Notes: generated by a model from the letters alone, not told the origin. DNA of 64,000 bases from a virus (IMGVR_UViG_3300037249_000287:1-64000), one strand, 5' to 3'; numbered from the stretch's first letter, positions 41,084 through 50,230 are shown. A program made the numbers and translations.

Positions 41084-41572
41084 TTAGTTTACTTTAATCT
41101 TACGACCGCCCTTCATTTTTCTTTCGCCTACAGTAGCTTTCTTTGGATTGGGAATGCCATGTTCCTTTCGATATTTGATTGCATCTTGTTCATTACAAAC
41201 CCTAATAAGTTCGCAATCACCGCAGCCTTCTTCATCTTTGTTATCAAGTAATCTTGCTTTTTCAGCGACACCTTTGAGCATTTCTGTGGCAAGTTTCAAC
41301 CCAGCGATAGAACCTGATGTCTGTACAAGTTTCAGTGCTTCAAGAATAATGTGTGCAACTCTATCAATACCTTCATCGCCCTTTCCTGTTAATGACATTG
41401 TAAGAATAGCGGCAATAGTACAGATAATGTCATTGTTTTCCTTTTCAGCGGTTAGTACCGTCAATTCGTCATTTTTGTCGTTTCCATAGATTGCAAACAA
41501 AGTTTCACCATTGCTAATTTTCTGTGCAATCTTTTCAAGTTCGACTGCTACATTAAAGTCTTTTGTTTTCAT
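41084..41572 (-). CDS. Hypothetical protein
   Basis: 162 aa with CxxC..C near the end. Confidence 0.6.
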   Translation of the reverse strand: MKTKDFNVAVELEKIAQKISNGETLFAIYGNDKNDELTVLTAEKENNDIICTIAAILTMSLTGKGDEGIDRVAHIILEALKLVQTSGSIAGLKLATEMLKGVAEKARLLDNKDEEGCGDCELIRVCNEQDAIKYRKEHGIPNPKKATVGERKMKGGRKIKVN

Positions 41573-41643
41573 AATGCTAATAATTAATTAATAAATGAAT
41601 TGTGTTGCAAAATTATATTTTTTCTTTAAGTATTCCAAATAAA

Positions 41644-42315
41644 TTAAGATTTATTACCATAAAGTTCATTAAGTGCATCCGATATACTCTCACCGTTAGC
41701 TTCTTTCATGCGCTTGTATTCTTCAAACGTGATGGTGTTCTTTTTGCTTTCCTCGATAAGCTTGTCATTGCGCATGCGTTCAATGTCGGCATAGTAGTGT
41801 TCGCGTTCGACCAAGAACTTGTTCAAAGCCTCGGTTACAACAAGTGCATAAGAGTCGCCTCCATAAAACCTTCCATATCTACCACCTTCAAAGCGTGTAA
41901 TAAACAGCAAAAACTCGACCACCTTTAACGTCTTGTAGTTCGCATAGATGCTACATGCAAGGTTGTAGACCTGTTCTTTCGAGAACCTATCATTCGTAAC
42001 GCCAAGAAAAATGAACATGCCCTGTAGGATGTTGTACAGCCAATTTGCAGAAGAACCTTTGCCGTATGTGATGTCTATGCGTACAAACGTAGGACTGTCT
42101 CGTCTAAAGCACGCCATCGCATCTTGTACGAATGCGTTCTTGTTAGCATAAGAGAATTTGTTACTAAGCTGTGTAAAGCTACCATACCTCGTCGTTATCT
42201 CCGTCACGAACGTCGGCTTGTTGTTGGTTGCCAATGCGGTCTGTGAGCTGCTGACTGAATGCGTTTGCTTCTGCAACAGTTCGCCTAATCTTGTCGGTGA
42301 TTGTTTCTCTTCCAT
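41644..42315 (-). CDS. DUF6633-like replication-associated protein
   Basis: LKVVEFLLFITRFEGGRYGRFYG motif, downstream of initiator. Confidence 0.55.
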   Translation of the reverse strand: MEEKQSPTRLGELLQKQTHSVSSSQTALATNNKPTFVTEITTRYGSFTQLSNKFSYANKNAFVQDAMACFRRDSPTFVRIDITYGKGSSANWLYNILQGMFIFLGVTNDRFSKEQVYNLACSIYANYKTLKVVEFLLFITRFEGGRYGRFYGGDSYALVVTEALNKFLVEREHYYADIERMRNDKLIEESKKNTITFEEYKRMKEANGESISDALNELYGNKS

Positions 42316-42922
42316 AATTCACGTTATTGTTGTTGTTCTTTCTATTCTTAGCCCATGTGGTGCAAGCCATCTTCCAGTTCTTCATCGGATTCTTTCCGAC
42401 TTTCCATCCGTTACTTTCGTAGAAAGCATAGAAAGCCTCCGCGTCAAACGTGTAGCCTTTTTCAAGAATGTGCGCTTGAATCTCTTGTATTGTTGGCTTT
42501 ACAAATCTTTTTTCTTTTTTAGAAGATATGATAGTATCTTCTTTTTCTTTTATTATTTCAGTCTTTATTTCTTTTATGTCTTTATTTATTTGTGGTTGAT
42601 TATTACCGTGTCGGAAATTTTCCGTGTCGGAAATTTTAGTGGCTTTAATAGTGTATTTAACAGCACCAAAAGTTCCATTTTTGTTACTTTGAGAACCTTT
42701 AACCACCCATCCGCTTGCCACCAATTCGTTTATGTACTTACGCAATGTGTCTACACTATATCCAATTTCTCGTGCCATTGGTTCAAGATAAAAATTCCAA
42801 TCATCTGGCTTGCATACCATAAACACATAGACAAACCTTGCTCTATCAGATAGAGTTTTGTCAAAAATCAAATCACGAGGAACAATTTGATAATTATTTA
42901 ATTCATTGTGTATGTTTGCCAT
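42179..42922 (-). CDS. Phage replication initiator (N-terminal winged HTH)
   Basis: LSDRARFVYVFM...MAREIGYSVDTLRKYINELVASGWV; C-terminal FVKPTIQE...FYAFYESNGWKVGKNPMKNWK; internal iterons. Confidence 0.8.
   Translation of the reverse strand: MANIHNELNNYQIVPRDLIFDKTLSDRARFVYVFMVCKPDDWNFYLEPMAREIGYSVDTLRKYINELVASGWVVKGSQSNKNGTFGAVKYTIKATKISDTENFRHGNNQPQINKDIKEIKTEIIKEKEDTIISSKKEKRFVKPTIQEIQAHILEKGYTFDAEAFYAFYESNGWKVGKNPMKNWKMACTTWAKNRKNNNNNVNYGRETITDKIRRTVAEANAFSQQLTDRIGNQQQADVRDGDNDEVW
42606..42637. repeat. Tandem 16-bp iterons (candidate origin)
   Basis: CCGTGTCGGAAATTTT x2 exact, adjacent to AT-rich tract 42500-42600. Confidence 0.7.
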
Positions 42923-42924
42923 AA

Positions 42925-43365
42925 CTATTTATTGTTTATAAATTCAAAAATACCATTCAATGTAGAAATTTTATCTTTTTCTGCAACATAGATTTCACCG
43001 CAAAAAACATAATATTCTTTAACATTATTCATTATCCAACGCTTTATTATATCTTTTCTAACCCTCAAACCGTTATGCGTAAGTATTTGTTTTAATCGCA
43101 TAGAACTACACGCATTTGGCAACTGTTTATTGTAAAGGGGTTGGTATTTGGCTATATATTTCATTTCCATTTCATCCAATTTTTCAGACTTACACTTTAT
43201 TGTTCTTATAGTGTCAAAGTCCTTGTCAGAAGGATGGCATAAAATTCTTTTCAAGCCATATTCTGTTTGACCCACATAAACAACTTTTTCGTTTTTCAAT
43301 AAGAAATAAATACAAGGGAAATACACATCTTGTAATTTGTACTCATAATCAAATTTTTCTTCCAT
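42925..43365 (-). CDS. GIY-YIG family endonuclease
   Basis: CIYFL...VVYVGQT...RILCH...E.KYIAKYQPLYN; start re-set to MEEK 43365 (alternative 43413). Confidence 0.7.
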   Translation of the reverse strand: MEEKFDYEYKLQDVYFPCIYFLLKNEKVVYVGQTEYGLKRILCHPSDKDFDTIRTIKCKSEKLDEMEMKYIAKYQPLYNKQLPNACSSMRLKQILTHNGLRVRKDIIKRWIMNNVKEYYVFCGEIYVAEKDKISTLNGIFEFINNK

Positions 43366-43387
43366 ATATGACCGCTTTAAAAGCCTA

Positions 43388-43521
43388 ATGAGCGATTTAC
43401 TCGTTGCGGTCATTCAACTTTCAATCGCCCATCTTGGCAAAAATTGTTATAACATTATCTTTTATCCTTTGCGTCTTAAATGACCGTCAACGCATCGAAT
43501 GGATTTTCTTTTGCAAAGATA
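43388..43521 (-). promoter_or_regulatory. Promoter plus kissing-loop/loop-E leader
   Basis: Loops CGGUCAUU / AAUGACCG; internal loop GAAA/GAGUA. Confidence 0.7.
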
Positions 43522-43563
43522 CTACTTATATACCGTAGTTCCAAATATTTTAGTGTTATTTAA

Positions 43564-44334
43564 TTAAAACAATGTTAATTGCCGTTTTTCTCTTGCTATT
43601 CTATCGCAAGCAACCTTATGGTAATCTTCATTGAGTTCTATTCCGATAAAATCCCGCTTTTCGCGTATGGCCGCAACACAGGTACTGCCAGAGCCGCACG
43701 TATTATCAAGCACCAAATCGCCTTTGTTTGTATATGTACGTATAAGGTATCTAAGCAAATCGACGGGCTTTTGTGTGACATGATACTTGTCTTTGTCGCG
43801 CTTAAAATAAAGCAGATTTGTCGGGTATCGTGTGCCGTCGTTGTTTGTTGTGCATCGTTTAACAGTAGAGCGCAAAACAGACGTTGGCGTTCTTTCTCCT
43901 CTGTCTCTTATGTATGGCTCAAATCCTTCTCGCATCTGTGGATTGTATGTCATGTGACAATCTTTTGTTGTCGGCGACGTAGAACCGAATCCAAAGACGC
44001 AAACATCTTCTGTTGTCTTTATCGGCTGATAATGCGAGTTCAGAAAGTTAGTACCGTTTTCCTTTACCCATACCCAGTTGTATTTATACATTTCAAGATT
44101 GCTTGAAATAAGCTTTGTGGTGAACGGCTGTTGTGCAAACAGTACAATTGCACCATCTGGCTTTATTATGCGCTTGTAGGCGTTCCAAAGCGGCTCAAAC
44201 GGAATCATGCAGTCCCATTTACAGGGTGTTGTGTTGTACGGCAAGTCGCAAAGTATCAAATCAACGCTTTTGTCGTCTATACCCTGCATTACGTCAAGAC
44301 AGTCACCATTGTAGATTTTGTTAAGTTCTAACAT
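43564..44334 (-). CDS. DNA methyltransferase (N4/N6, beta class)
   Basis: DLILCDLPY catalytic motif, HVTQKPVDL, VLDNTCGSGST SAM motif; start re-set to 44334. Confidence 0.9.
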   Translation of the reverse strand: MLELNKIYNGDCLDVMQGIDDKSVDLILCDLPYNTTPCKWDCMIPFEPLWNAYKRIIKPDGAIVLFAQQPFTTKLISSNLEMYKYNWVWVKENGTNFLNSHYQPIKTTEDVCVFGFGSTSPTTKDCHMTYNPQMREGFEPYIRDRGERTPTSVLRSTVKRCTTNNDGTRYPTNLLYFKRDKDKYHVTQKPVDLLRYLIRTYTNKGDLVLDNTCGSGSTCVAAIREKRDFIGIELNEDYHKVACDRIAREKRQLTLF

Positions 44335-44347
44335 AATTAAAATAAAG

Positions 44348-44875
44348 TTAGTTGTTGTTATTGCTGACAAAGATAAAGTTATATCCATGAATAGATTTTC
44401 GCTCTCCTCTTGCAACCCTCGCCACCGTATTATGTGTTATGCCAAGAACTTCTTCTGCTTCACGGCAAGATTTATACACAATACCATTCTGTAAACATAA
44501 GACTCTTTTGTATTTGTATTCTTTGTTTTCCCTATTATAATATTGGGTATTTCTATCTGCCCAACGTAGATTGTCAATGCTATTATTAGTGCGATTATTT
44601 CTGTCTATATGGTCTGGTGAATAGCCATCCAAATCTCCTTCTGGCATAAATGTTTGCAAAACAATTTCGTGCAGTTTAAAGCGATGGCATTTAAGTGAAA
44701 GCGTTATCGTTCCTACGGAATCTGGTTTGTATTTCGCTATTACGCCTTTTCTTTTGAAACGGCCAAGGTTTGAGACTTGATACAACCCTTTTGGGAATAC
44801 ATACTCTTTTACTTTTTCCCATCTACTGTTTCGAGAATGTAATTTTAAAACATCTTTCCAAATTTCCTGTTCCAT
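44348..44875 (-). CDS. NUMOD4-HNH homing endonuclease with NUMOD1-like tail
   Basis: EIWKDV...YQVSNLGR; DHIDRNNRTNNSIDNLRW; YKSCREA. Confidence 0.85.
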   Translation of the reverse strand: MEQEIWKDVLKLHSRNSRWEKVKEYVFPKGLYQVSNLGRFKRKGVIAKYKPDSVGTITLSLKCHRFKLHEIVLQTFMPEGDLDGYSPDHIDRNNRTNNSIDNLRWADRNTQYYNRENKEYKYKRVLCLQNGIVYKSCREAEEVLGITHNTVARVARGERKSIHGYNFIFVSNNNN

Positions 44876-44890
44876 GTGTTAATAAAAACA

Positions 44891-45006
44891 TTGCAATCGC
44901 AACTACTAAGGTGCTCTACTACCTGTTCGTTGCGACTGCAAGTATATTGTTGTTCGTATTTGCGGCTAATGTAGAGCGCACCGCATTGAACTATAATGCA
45001 AAGGTA
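44891..45006 (-). promoter_or_regulatory. Promoter plus kissing-loop/loop-E leader
   Basis: Loops GCUCUAC / GUAGAGC; internal loop GAAC/UAGUA; TTTG-19 nt-TACCTTTGCA. Confidence 0.7.
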
Positions 45007-45045
45007 CGAAAAATTACCGAATCAGCAAAATGTTTTAATTGTTTT

Positions 45046-45690
45046 TTAGAAAAGATTTAATTGCTTTACAATTTCTCCATTACTCATTTGCGTCTCTCCA
45101 AAGCATTCTGCCGCAAAACGTTTTTCTTGTGCGTCAAAATAATCTTTGTCAATCTCACAGCCGTAGAAATCAAAGCCTAGTTTGTAAGCTGCTATGCGGC
45201 TACTTCCAGAACCTATCATCGGGTCAAATATCATCTCTCCTTCTTTGACGTAGTTTTTGAATATCCAAGCGTATAACGCTACACTTTTTTGTGTCGGATG
45301 AATCTTCTTTTCTCCGTTAGAAGAAACGTGCTGCCTAAACATCTTTGCTGGACTATCGAAACTCGACCACGCATATTCGCACATGGCAAGCGAGAAATCA
45401 AACGGCTGCATTTTGTCCCATATAAGGAAATGTTTGTTTGGTGGTAGTCCGAAATAGTTACCGCCCCATATAATCTGATTCTTAGACACACGAAATAATT
45501 CGTCAAAGAACTCTTTGTTTGGAACTTGACAATCCCAACTTTTTCTTTCGTGTGCCTGTCTGACTGGATTGCTTGATATACTTATTCCATAAGGAGGGTC
45601 GGCGCAAGCCAAATCGAAATATTTATCTGGCAATGTACGCATGTATTCCACGCAATCGCAGTTATAAACATCACTTCTTGTTTCTTTCAT
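45046..45690 (-). CDS. DNA methyltransferase (N4/N6, beta class)
   Basis: DLACADPPY, HPTQKSVALY, IFDPMIGSGSS. Confidence 0.9.
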   Translation of the reverse strand: MKETRSDVYNCDCVEYMRTLPDKYFDLACADPPYGISISSNPVRQAHERKSWDCQVPNKEFFDELFRVSKNQIIWGGNYFGLPPNKHFLIWDKMQPFDFSLAMCEYAWSSFDSPAKMFRQHVSSNGEKKIHPTQKSVALYAWIFKNYVKEGEMIFDPMIGSGSSRIAAYKLGFDFYGCEIDKDYFDAQEKRFAAECFGETQMSNGEIVKQLNLF

Positions 45691-46018
45691 TTTCGTTCTT
45701 TTTGTTTTTGTAAATCAACGCACTAACCTTGGAATAGATGCCGACGTGACGCAGTTTCTTTATCTTGTCAAACACACCAGCGCTTTCCGTCTTGCGGTAA
45801 CTTTCGCCAAGCAATTTGGGAATGTCGTTCCTTGCAATGCGTTCATCATCGACACACCTTGAAAGCATTTCAACCTCCTTTTGTGTCGCCTCGCATTCAT
45901 TTCTCTTATTGGCACGAATAATGGAATCCACGTCAATGCCGTGCTTCTTAGCCATGTACCGCAACCGCGATAGATAGTCGCGGCACAAGGCTTGAAGAGT
46001 TTCGTTTCGCTTGGTCAT
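45671..46018 (-). CDS. Hypothetical protein
   Basis: 115 aa coupled ORF. Confidence 0.6.
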   Translation of the reverse strand: MTKRNETLQALCRDYLSRLRYMAKKHGIDVDSIIRANKRNECEATQKEVEMLSRCVDDERIARNDIPKLLGESYRKTESAGVFDKIKKLRHVGIYSKVSALIYKNKKNENERNKK

Positions 46019-46191
46019 TACTCAGGCTTAACGAACTGTGCGCATGCCTCAATGACGGCAGTGCCAATAACGACAATTGCACCATTGATGGCGGTTGCGT
46101 ACTCTGGCGACGTGTATGTCACCACGGCTACTGCGATGGCCTGTACACCACCGACGATTGCACTCACTAACTGAAAAGTCTTTTTGCTCAT
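46018..46191 (-). CDS. Small two-TM membrane protein (absent from ORF track)
   Basis: Hand translation MSKKTFQLVSAIVGGVQAIAVAVVTY...VIEACAQFVKPE, 57 aa; TAATG coupling to next gene. Confidence 0.65.
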   Translation of the reverse strand: MSKKTFQLVSAIVGGVQAIAVAVVTYTSPEYATAINGAIVVIGTAVIEACAQFVKPE

Positions 46192-46230
46192 AATCTAAAA
46201 TTTTAAGTTGTTAATAAAACGTGAGTTGTC

Positions 46231-46845
46231 TCACTTTTGTATTTTATCTAAATATTTCCAAACAAAACCACCAGAATGTTTCATTTCCCCAGAGCAACAT
46301 CTTCTAATACTTCTTGGATATACACCTGTTGCTTTTCCTGCCGCAACGGAATGTTCGTAAATACCAAGCAAATTGCCATTGTCGTCTAAGCACATCACGT
46401 TTTTAATATATCCTTTGCTAATTTTCTTTATCAAACCTTTCCTATATGAATTGTTTTTTGCAACAGTGGCTTTGGTTCGCTCTTTTATAGTTCCGTAATT
46501 ATGATTGTAAAAGCCGTCACACCATTCAAGATTGTCAACACGGTTGTTTGACGGATTTTCATCTTTGTGATTTATTTGTGGCAAATTATTCGGATTAGGA
46601 ATGAAAGCTATTGCTACAAGTCTATGGACGCTTTTTACAAAAGTTTTTCCGTTTTTCCTTAGTGTAACATGCTTTTCACCTCTACCAGTCATTGATGGCT
46701 GTGGTTTTAAAATTCTTTCTTTTAGAACATGTGTGTAACCACCCCTTCCCTTACGGATTTTTGGTAGACTTTTTATTCTTCCAAAACTACTTGCTTCATA
46801 CAAACCTTCAAAACCTACTACTGGTTTCCAAATTTCTTGTTCCAT
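46231..46845 (-). CDS. NUMOD4-HNH homing endonuclease
   Basis: EIWKPVVGFEGLYEASSFGRIKS; VHRLVAIAFIPNPNNLPQINHKDENPSNNRVDNLEW. Confidence 0.9.
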   Translation of the reverse strand: MEQEIWKPVVGFEGLYEASSFGRIKSLPKIRKGRGGYTHVLKERILKPQPSMTGRGEKHVTLRKNGKTFVKSVHRLVAIAFIPNPNNLPQINHKDENPSNNRVDNLEWCDGFYNHNYGTIKERTKATVAKNNSYRKGLIKKISKGYIKNVMCLDDNGNLLGIYEHSVAAGKATGVYPRSIRRCCSGEMKHSGGFVWKYLDKIQK

Positions 46846-46853
46846 AAAATCAA

Positions 46854-46960
46854 AACTCCCAAGTGTTCGGTGTATGGGTCGAGCATACACCTACTTACAA
46901 GGGAATTAAGTGTTTCGCGTTAGGATTCTCGACCAATCCTTTATTTACGATGCAAAGATA
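46854..46960 (-). promoter_or_regulatory. Promoter plus kissing-loop/loop-E leader
   Basis: 7-nt loops GGUCGAG / CUCGACC; internal loop AAGUA/GAAC. Confidence 0.75.
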
Positions 46961-46997
46961 CAAAAACTTTTTGTAATATCCAAATTTTTAACTTACT

Positions 46998-47351
46998 TTA
47001 AAAAGGTAAGTTTGAATCGTCTGTACCTTGCGCACTTTCTTGGTTTTGAAGTGGCTGTTGCTGCTTGTTGTTTTGCTGTTGACCACCAATAGCGGTCACT
47101 TTCCAAGCCTGCAAATTGACAAAATATTTACCTTGCCATTCAGCACCTTTGATGTCAAATTGAACCGACACATCTTGCCCAACAACAACACCCATAGCTT
47201 TCCACTTATCCTCACCAAAGACCTCAAATTTGATTTTCTGAGGGTATTGCTCTTTTGTCTCTAAGATGAAGAAATTCTTCACCACCTCACCATTCTTGCC
47301 ATTGAAACGCTGCTCTGGCAGAATCTGAATAACTGTACCATTTAAATCCAT
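46998..47351 (-). CDS. DUF3127-like single-stranded DNA-binding protein
   Basis: ETKEQYPQKIKFEVFG...FDIKGAEWQGKYFVNLQAWKV; ends DDSNLPF. Confidence 0.8.
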   Translation of the reverse strand: MDLNGTVIQILPEQRFNGKNGEVVKNFFILETKEQYPQKIKFEVFGEDKWKAMGVVVGQDVSVQFDIKGAEWQGKYFVNLQAWKVTAIGGQQQNNKQQQPLQNQESAQGTDDSNLPF

Positions 47352-47410
47352 GACTATATAATTAAATTTTTAAAACGGAATCCACTTAAAACTCACAAAA
47401 GGCCACTTTC

Positions 47411-47725
47411 CTAATCACTGCTGTCTACACTGTAGGACATACCTAACTCGGTGCATATACTATGGTGGTCTGTACGACGATAGCCACTACTATAGCCCTT
47501 GTCAAAACGAAAGCCCTGCTCATGGAAAGCTTTCAAAATCGCACTCTCCATCTCGCCGTACATCCAACCATGACCATCATCATGGAATATCGGCGTCCAG
47601 CCATTAGCATAACCCAAATCACCAATAGGCGCAATCTTACGCAAATCACTAAGACCAAACAAACCAATCTTCCTGACTAACTCCTTCTTCCATTCTGGAA
47701 CTTGTGAATAATTTCTGTACTTCAT
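47411..47725 (-). CDS. Hypothetical protein
   Basis: 104-aa ORF. Confidence 0.6.
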   Translation of the reverse strand: MKYRNYSQVPEWKKELVRKIGLFGLSDLRKIAPIGDLGYANGWTPIFHDDGHGWMYGEMESAILKAFHEQGFRFDKGYSSGYRRTDHHSICTELGMSYSVDSSD

Positions 47726-47760
47726 AATCCTTATTGTTTATCGTTAAACGTTGTTTTTGC

Positions 47761-47846
47761 CACTTTTTAAGCCCGTAGAGCGCGTCTTACCACCAAGGCG
47801 GTATAAGTTACCACAAAGAACTTTTAACGCGCTTAGAACGGCTTTA
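47761..47846. repeat. ~85-bp quasi-palindromic intergenic element, copy 2
   Basis: See copy 1. Confidence 0.75.
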
Positions 47847-48428
47847 TTTCTTTTCATTGAACTTCTCCATATTCTTACCCCAATTAGGGTCACTTTTCAT
47901 CTTGCGCATGATAGAACCAGCCTTCGACAACATCATCTCATACATATTGTCACACTTCTCACCCCACACAAGGTCTTTCATGTAACCACCGTGCTGCTGC
48001 ATGTAGCGCAACTTCTCCTTCGCCATCGACATCACCTGACGTATATCATTGAACATCTCCATATACGTGTTCTTGTCATAACGATGCAAAATGTCATCCA
48101 TGTCAATGACAGAAGACTCAATGATGTCAGCACACATGAAACATACAAGTAAATGACGCATCAAATTTTCTTTGTCCGACAAAGATATATTCATCGTTGC
48201 TATCTCGACTTTTTCCACTTCATTACGCGCATTTTCCAAATACTCATACACAACACGGTTGAACAATACATCAATCTGCTGCGCCAAAGCTAAAGCTACA
48301 TCGTATTTGCCAGTACGCATCATCATCTGCTGCTGAACACGCAACTCACGAATACGAGGCTCAACCTCAAAAGACTGGCGTATCTTTGACATCAGCTCCT
48401 GCGGAATATCACTAACTTTGTTCATCAT
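47844..48428 (-). CDS. Hypothetical helical protein
   Basis: 194 aa; -7 element at 48468-48477. Confidence 0.7.
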   Translation of the reverse strand: MMNKVSDIPQELMSKIRQSFEVEPRIRELRVQQQMMMRTGKYDVALALAQQIDVLFNRVVYEYLENARNEVEKVEIATMNISLSDKENLMRHLLVCFMCADIIESSVIDMDDILHRYDKNTYMEMFNDIRQVMSMAKEKLRYMQQHGGYMKDLVWGEKCDNMYEMMLSKAGSIMRKMKSDPNWGKNMEKFNEKK

Positions 48429-48693
48429 AATAACTTAATAAATTCTTTTGTTTTACGTTAAACTTAGTGCAAAGATATATATATTTAAAGCATAAACAAT
48501 AAAACATTAACATAACATAAGATTTTTAACTTTTAATAAGTAAACTATTTTATATATGGTAACTTATTAAATAAGTATATTTATTATACACACACGCGCA
48601 CGCACGCGAGATTCGGCAAATATTAAGCAAATCCTTTGCCCGATTTCCGCTTAATATACACAAAAACGGCAAAATAAAACGGTTTAATCATGC

Positions 48694-49059
48694 TTATATT
48701 CTTATCTTTCCAAACTTAACGTATTGCCCGTAGTAAGCATCGAAACTGTTGCCTTTAACCCACGCAAGTTTCTTGCAGAACTGCATCACCTCATTATGTG
48801 GAGTGTCGCGAAAGTCGTAAACTACTCCGTCCGAATCGGCAGACACACAACACGTAGTCGGAATCTCAACCTCCTCATTCTCCTTGCGCAGATAGTCAAC
48901 TATCTTTGCCATTGTGTCAAACGAAATGTCAACATCAAAACAACTGTCAACACGATAATTGACAGAATCATCATAAATGGTAACATCACCATCGCAACTT
49001 TCTTTTTCTACGAGCGACTTGACGTAGGCTTCCTGCTCTTTTGTCTTTACCTGTAACAT
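48694..49059 (-). CDS. Hypothetical protein
   Basis: Start re-set to MLQVK 49059; TATCTTTGCG -7 element just upstream. Confidence 0.6.
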   Translation of the reverse strand: MLQVKTKEQEAYVKSLVEKESCDGDVTIYDDSVNYRVDSCFDVDISFDTMAKIVDYLRKENEEVEIPTTCCVSADSDGVVYDFRDTPHNEVMQFCKKLAWVKGNSFDAYYGQYVKFGKIRI

Positions 49060-49160
49060 AATCCTTTTGTTTAAGTGAAACTTTCCGCAAAGATACACAT
49101 TTAAGCACCTAACTAAGCATTTTCTTGGGAATTTTTAACTTAAAAAAGAAAAAAACGCAT

Positions 49161-49246
49161 TTTAAGCCGTTCTAAGCCGTTTTCTTTTGCCCTGCGGTAA
49201 CTTATAAGGGAAACACCATAAAAAGCGTTCTACAGGGCTGAAAATG
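49161..49246. repeat. ~85-bp quasi-palindromic intergenic element, copy 3
   Basis: See copy 1. Confidence 0.7.
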
Positions 49247-49599
49247 CCCTTAAAACGAATCCTATAACATCATACACTACCACACAAAACACAAAAACAC
49301 CGATTTCTGGCAAATCTACACAATATTACACACAGCACAATGACAACATTTACAGCTGACGCATTTCACCTCTACAATCCCTTCGCGATTTTCTTCCTTG
49401 ACGCAAATTTTATTTTTTTTCGTTTTTAATTTTCTTCTTTAAAAATTTTTTTTCTTTTCGATTTTTTGATTTTTAAAAACAACATTGTTTTGACCATATA
49501 GATTTTGCTGGTTCTAACCCCTCCCACCCCTATATCGTTTTTGTGTCTCCGCCAGTTACTTTGCACCCCTTTTTATTTCCTACCTTTGCATGCTGAAAA

Positions 49600-50230
49600 A
49601 TAGAATTAGAAAACGTTCATTTACTAAAAATAGCTATATTTGGGCAGTTATTTTCAGATGCTGAAAAACAGAAATAAGATAATATATTAATACGTAAACT
49701 AATTTAAATAAGTATATTTTTCTTTTGCCAAATATTAATTATAACTATCTTTGCAGTATATTATCATATTATCATATTAAAACAATAAACTAAACTAAAC
49801 TAACAAATAACAATACAATAATATTAAAATAACAATACTAAACTTATAACTTATAACTTAAAATAAACTTATAATAATAATTTTCTTATATAATATGTAT
49901 ATAATATATATATTGTAAATAATTAGTCAATTTAGAAAATATATACTTAATGATATAGTAAAAAATAATTATATAAAATAAGATATTTTGTGGAATATGT
50001 TTTCTTATTTATTTACACTAAATTAATATAACTTATTTATTTTCAGTAATTTATATATTTGTCGGTTGTAAATAATAAATTACAATATTTTCGTATTATT
50101 TTTATCAAAAAGTATTTTATTATTACATTTCTTTATTGTCTTAACATATTTTTAATACGATTTTAACACTAAAAATACTGATTTTCAGATAGTTACGTAT
50201 TAATTGTTAAAAACATATTATTTCTTGCAA
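49600..50230. other. Extremely AT-rich non-coding region
   Basis: Almost no G/C; short tandem units TAAAC, AATAC, ACTTATA; -7 elements at 49581 and 49746. Confidence 0.8.

Noticed and set aside
43388-46960. Lysine riboswitch or T-box identity for the leaders (both use loop-E, the former also a kissing loop)
   Set aside because: No multi-way ligand junction, kink-turn, specifier or T-box sequence; downstream genes are nucleases
49518-49530. G-quadruplex on the minus strand
   Set aside because: Only three G runs
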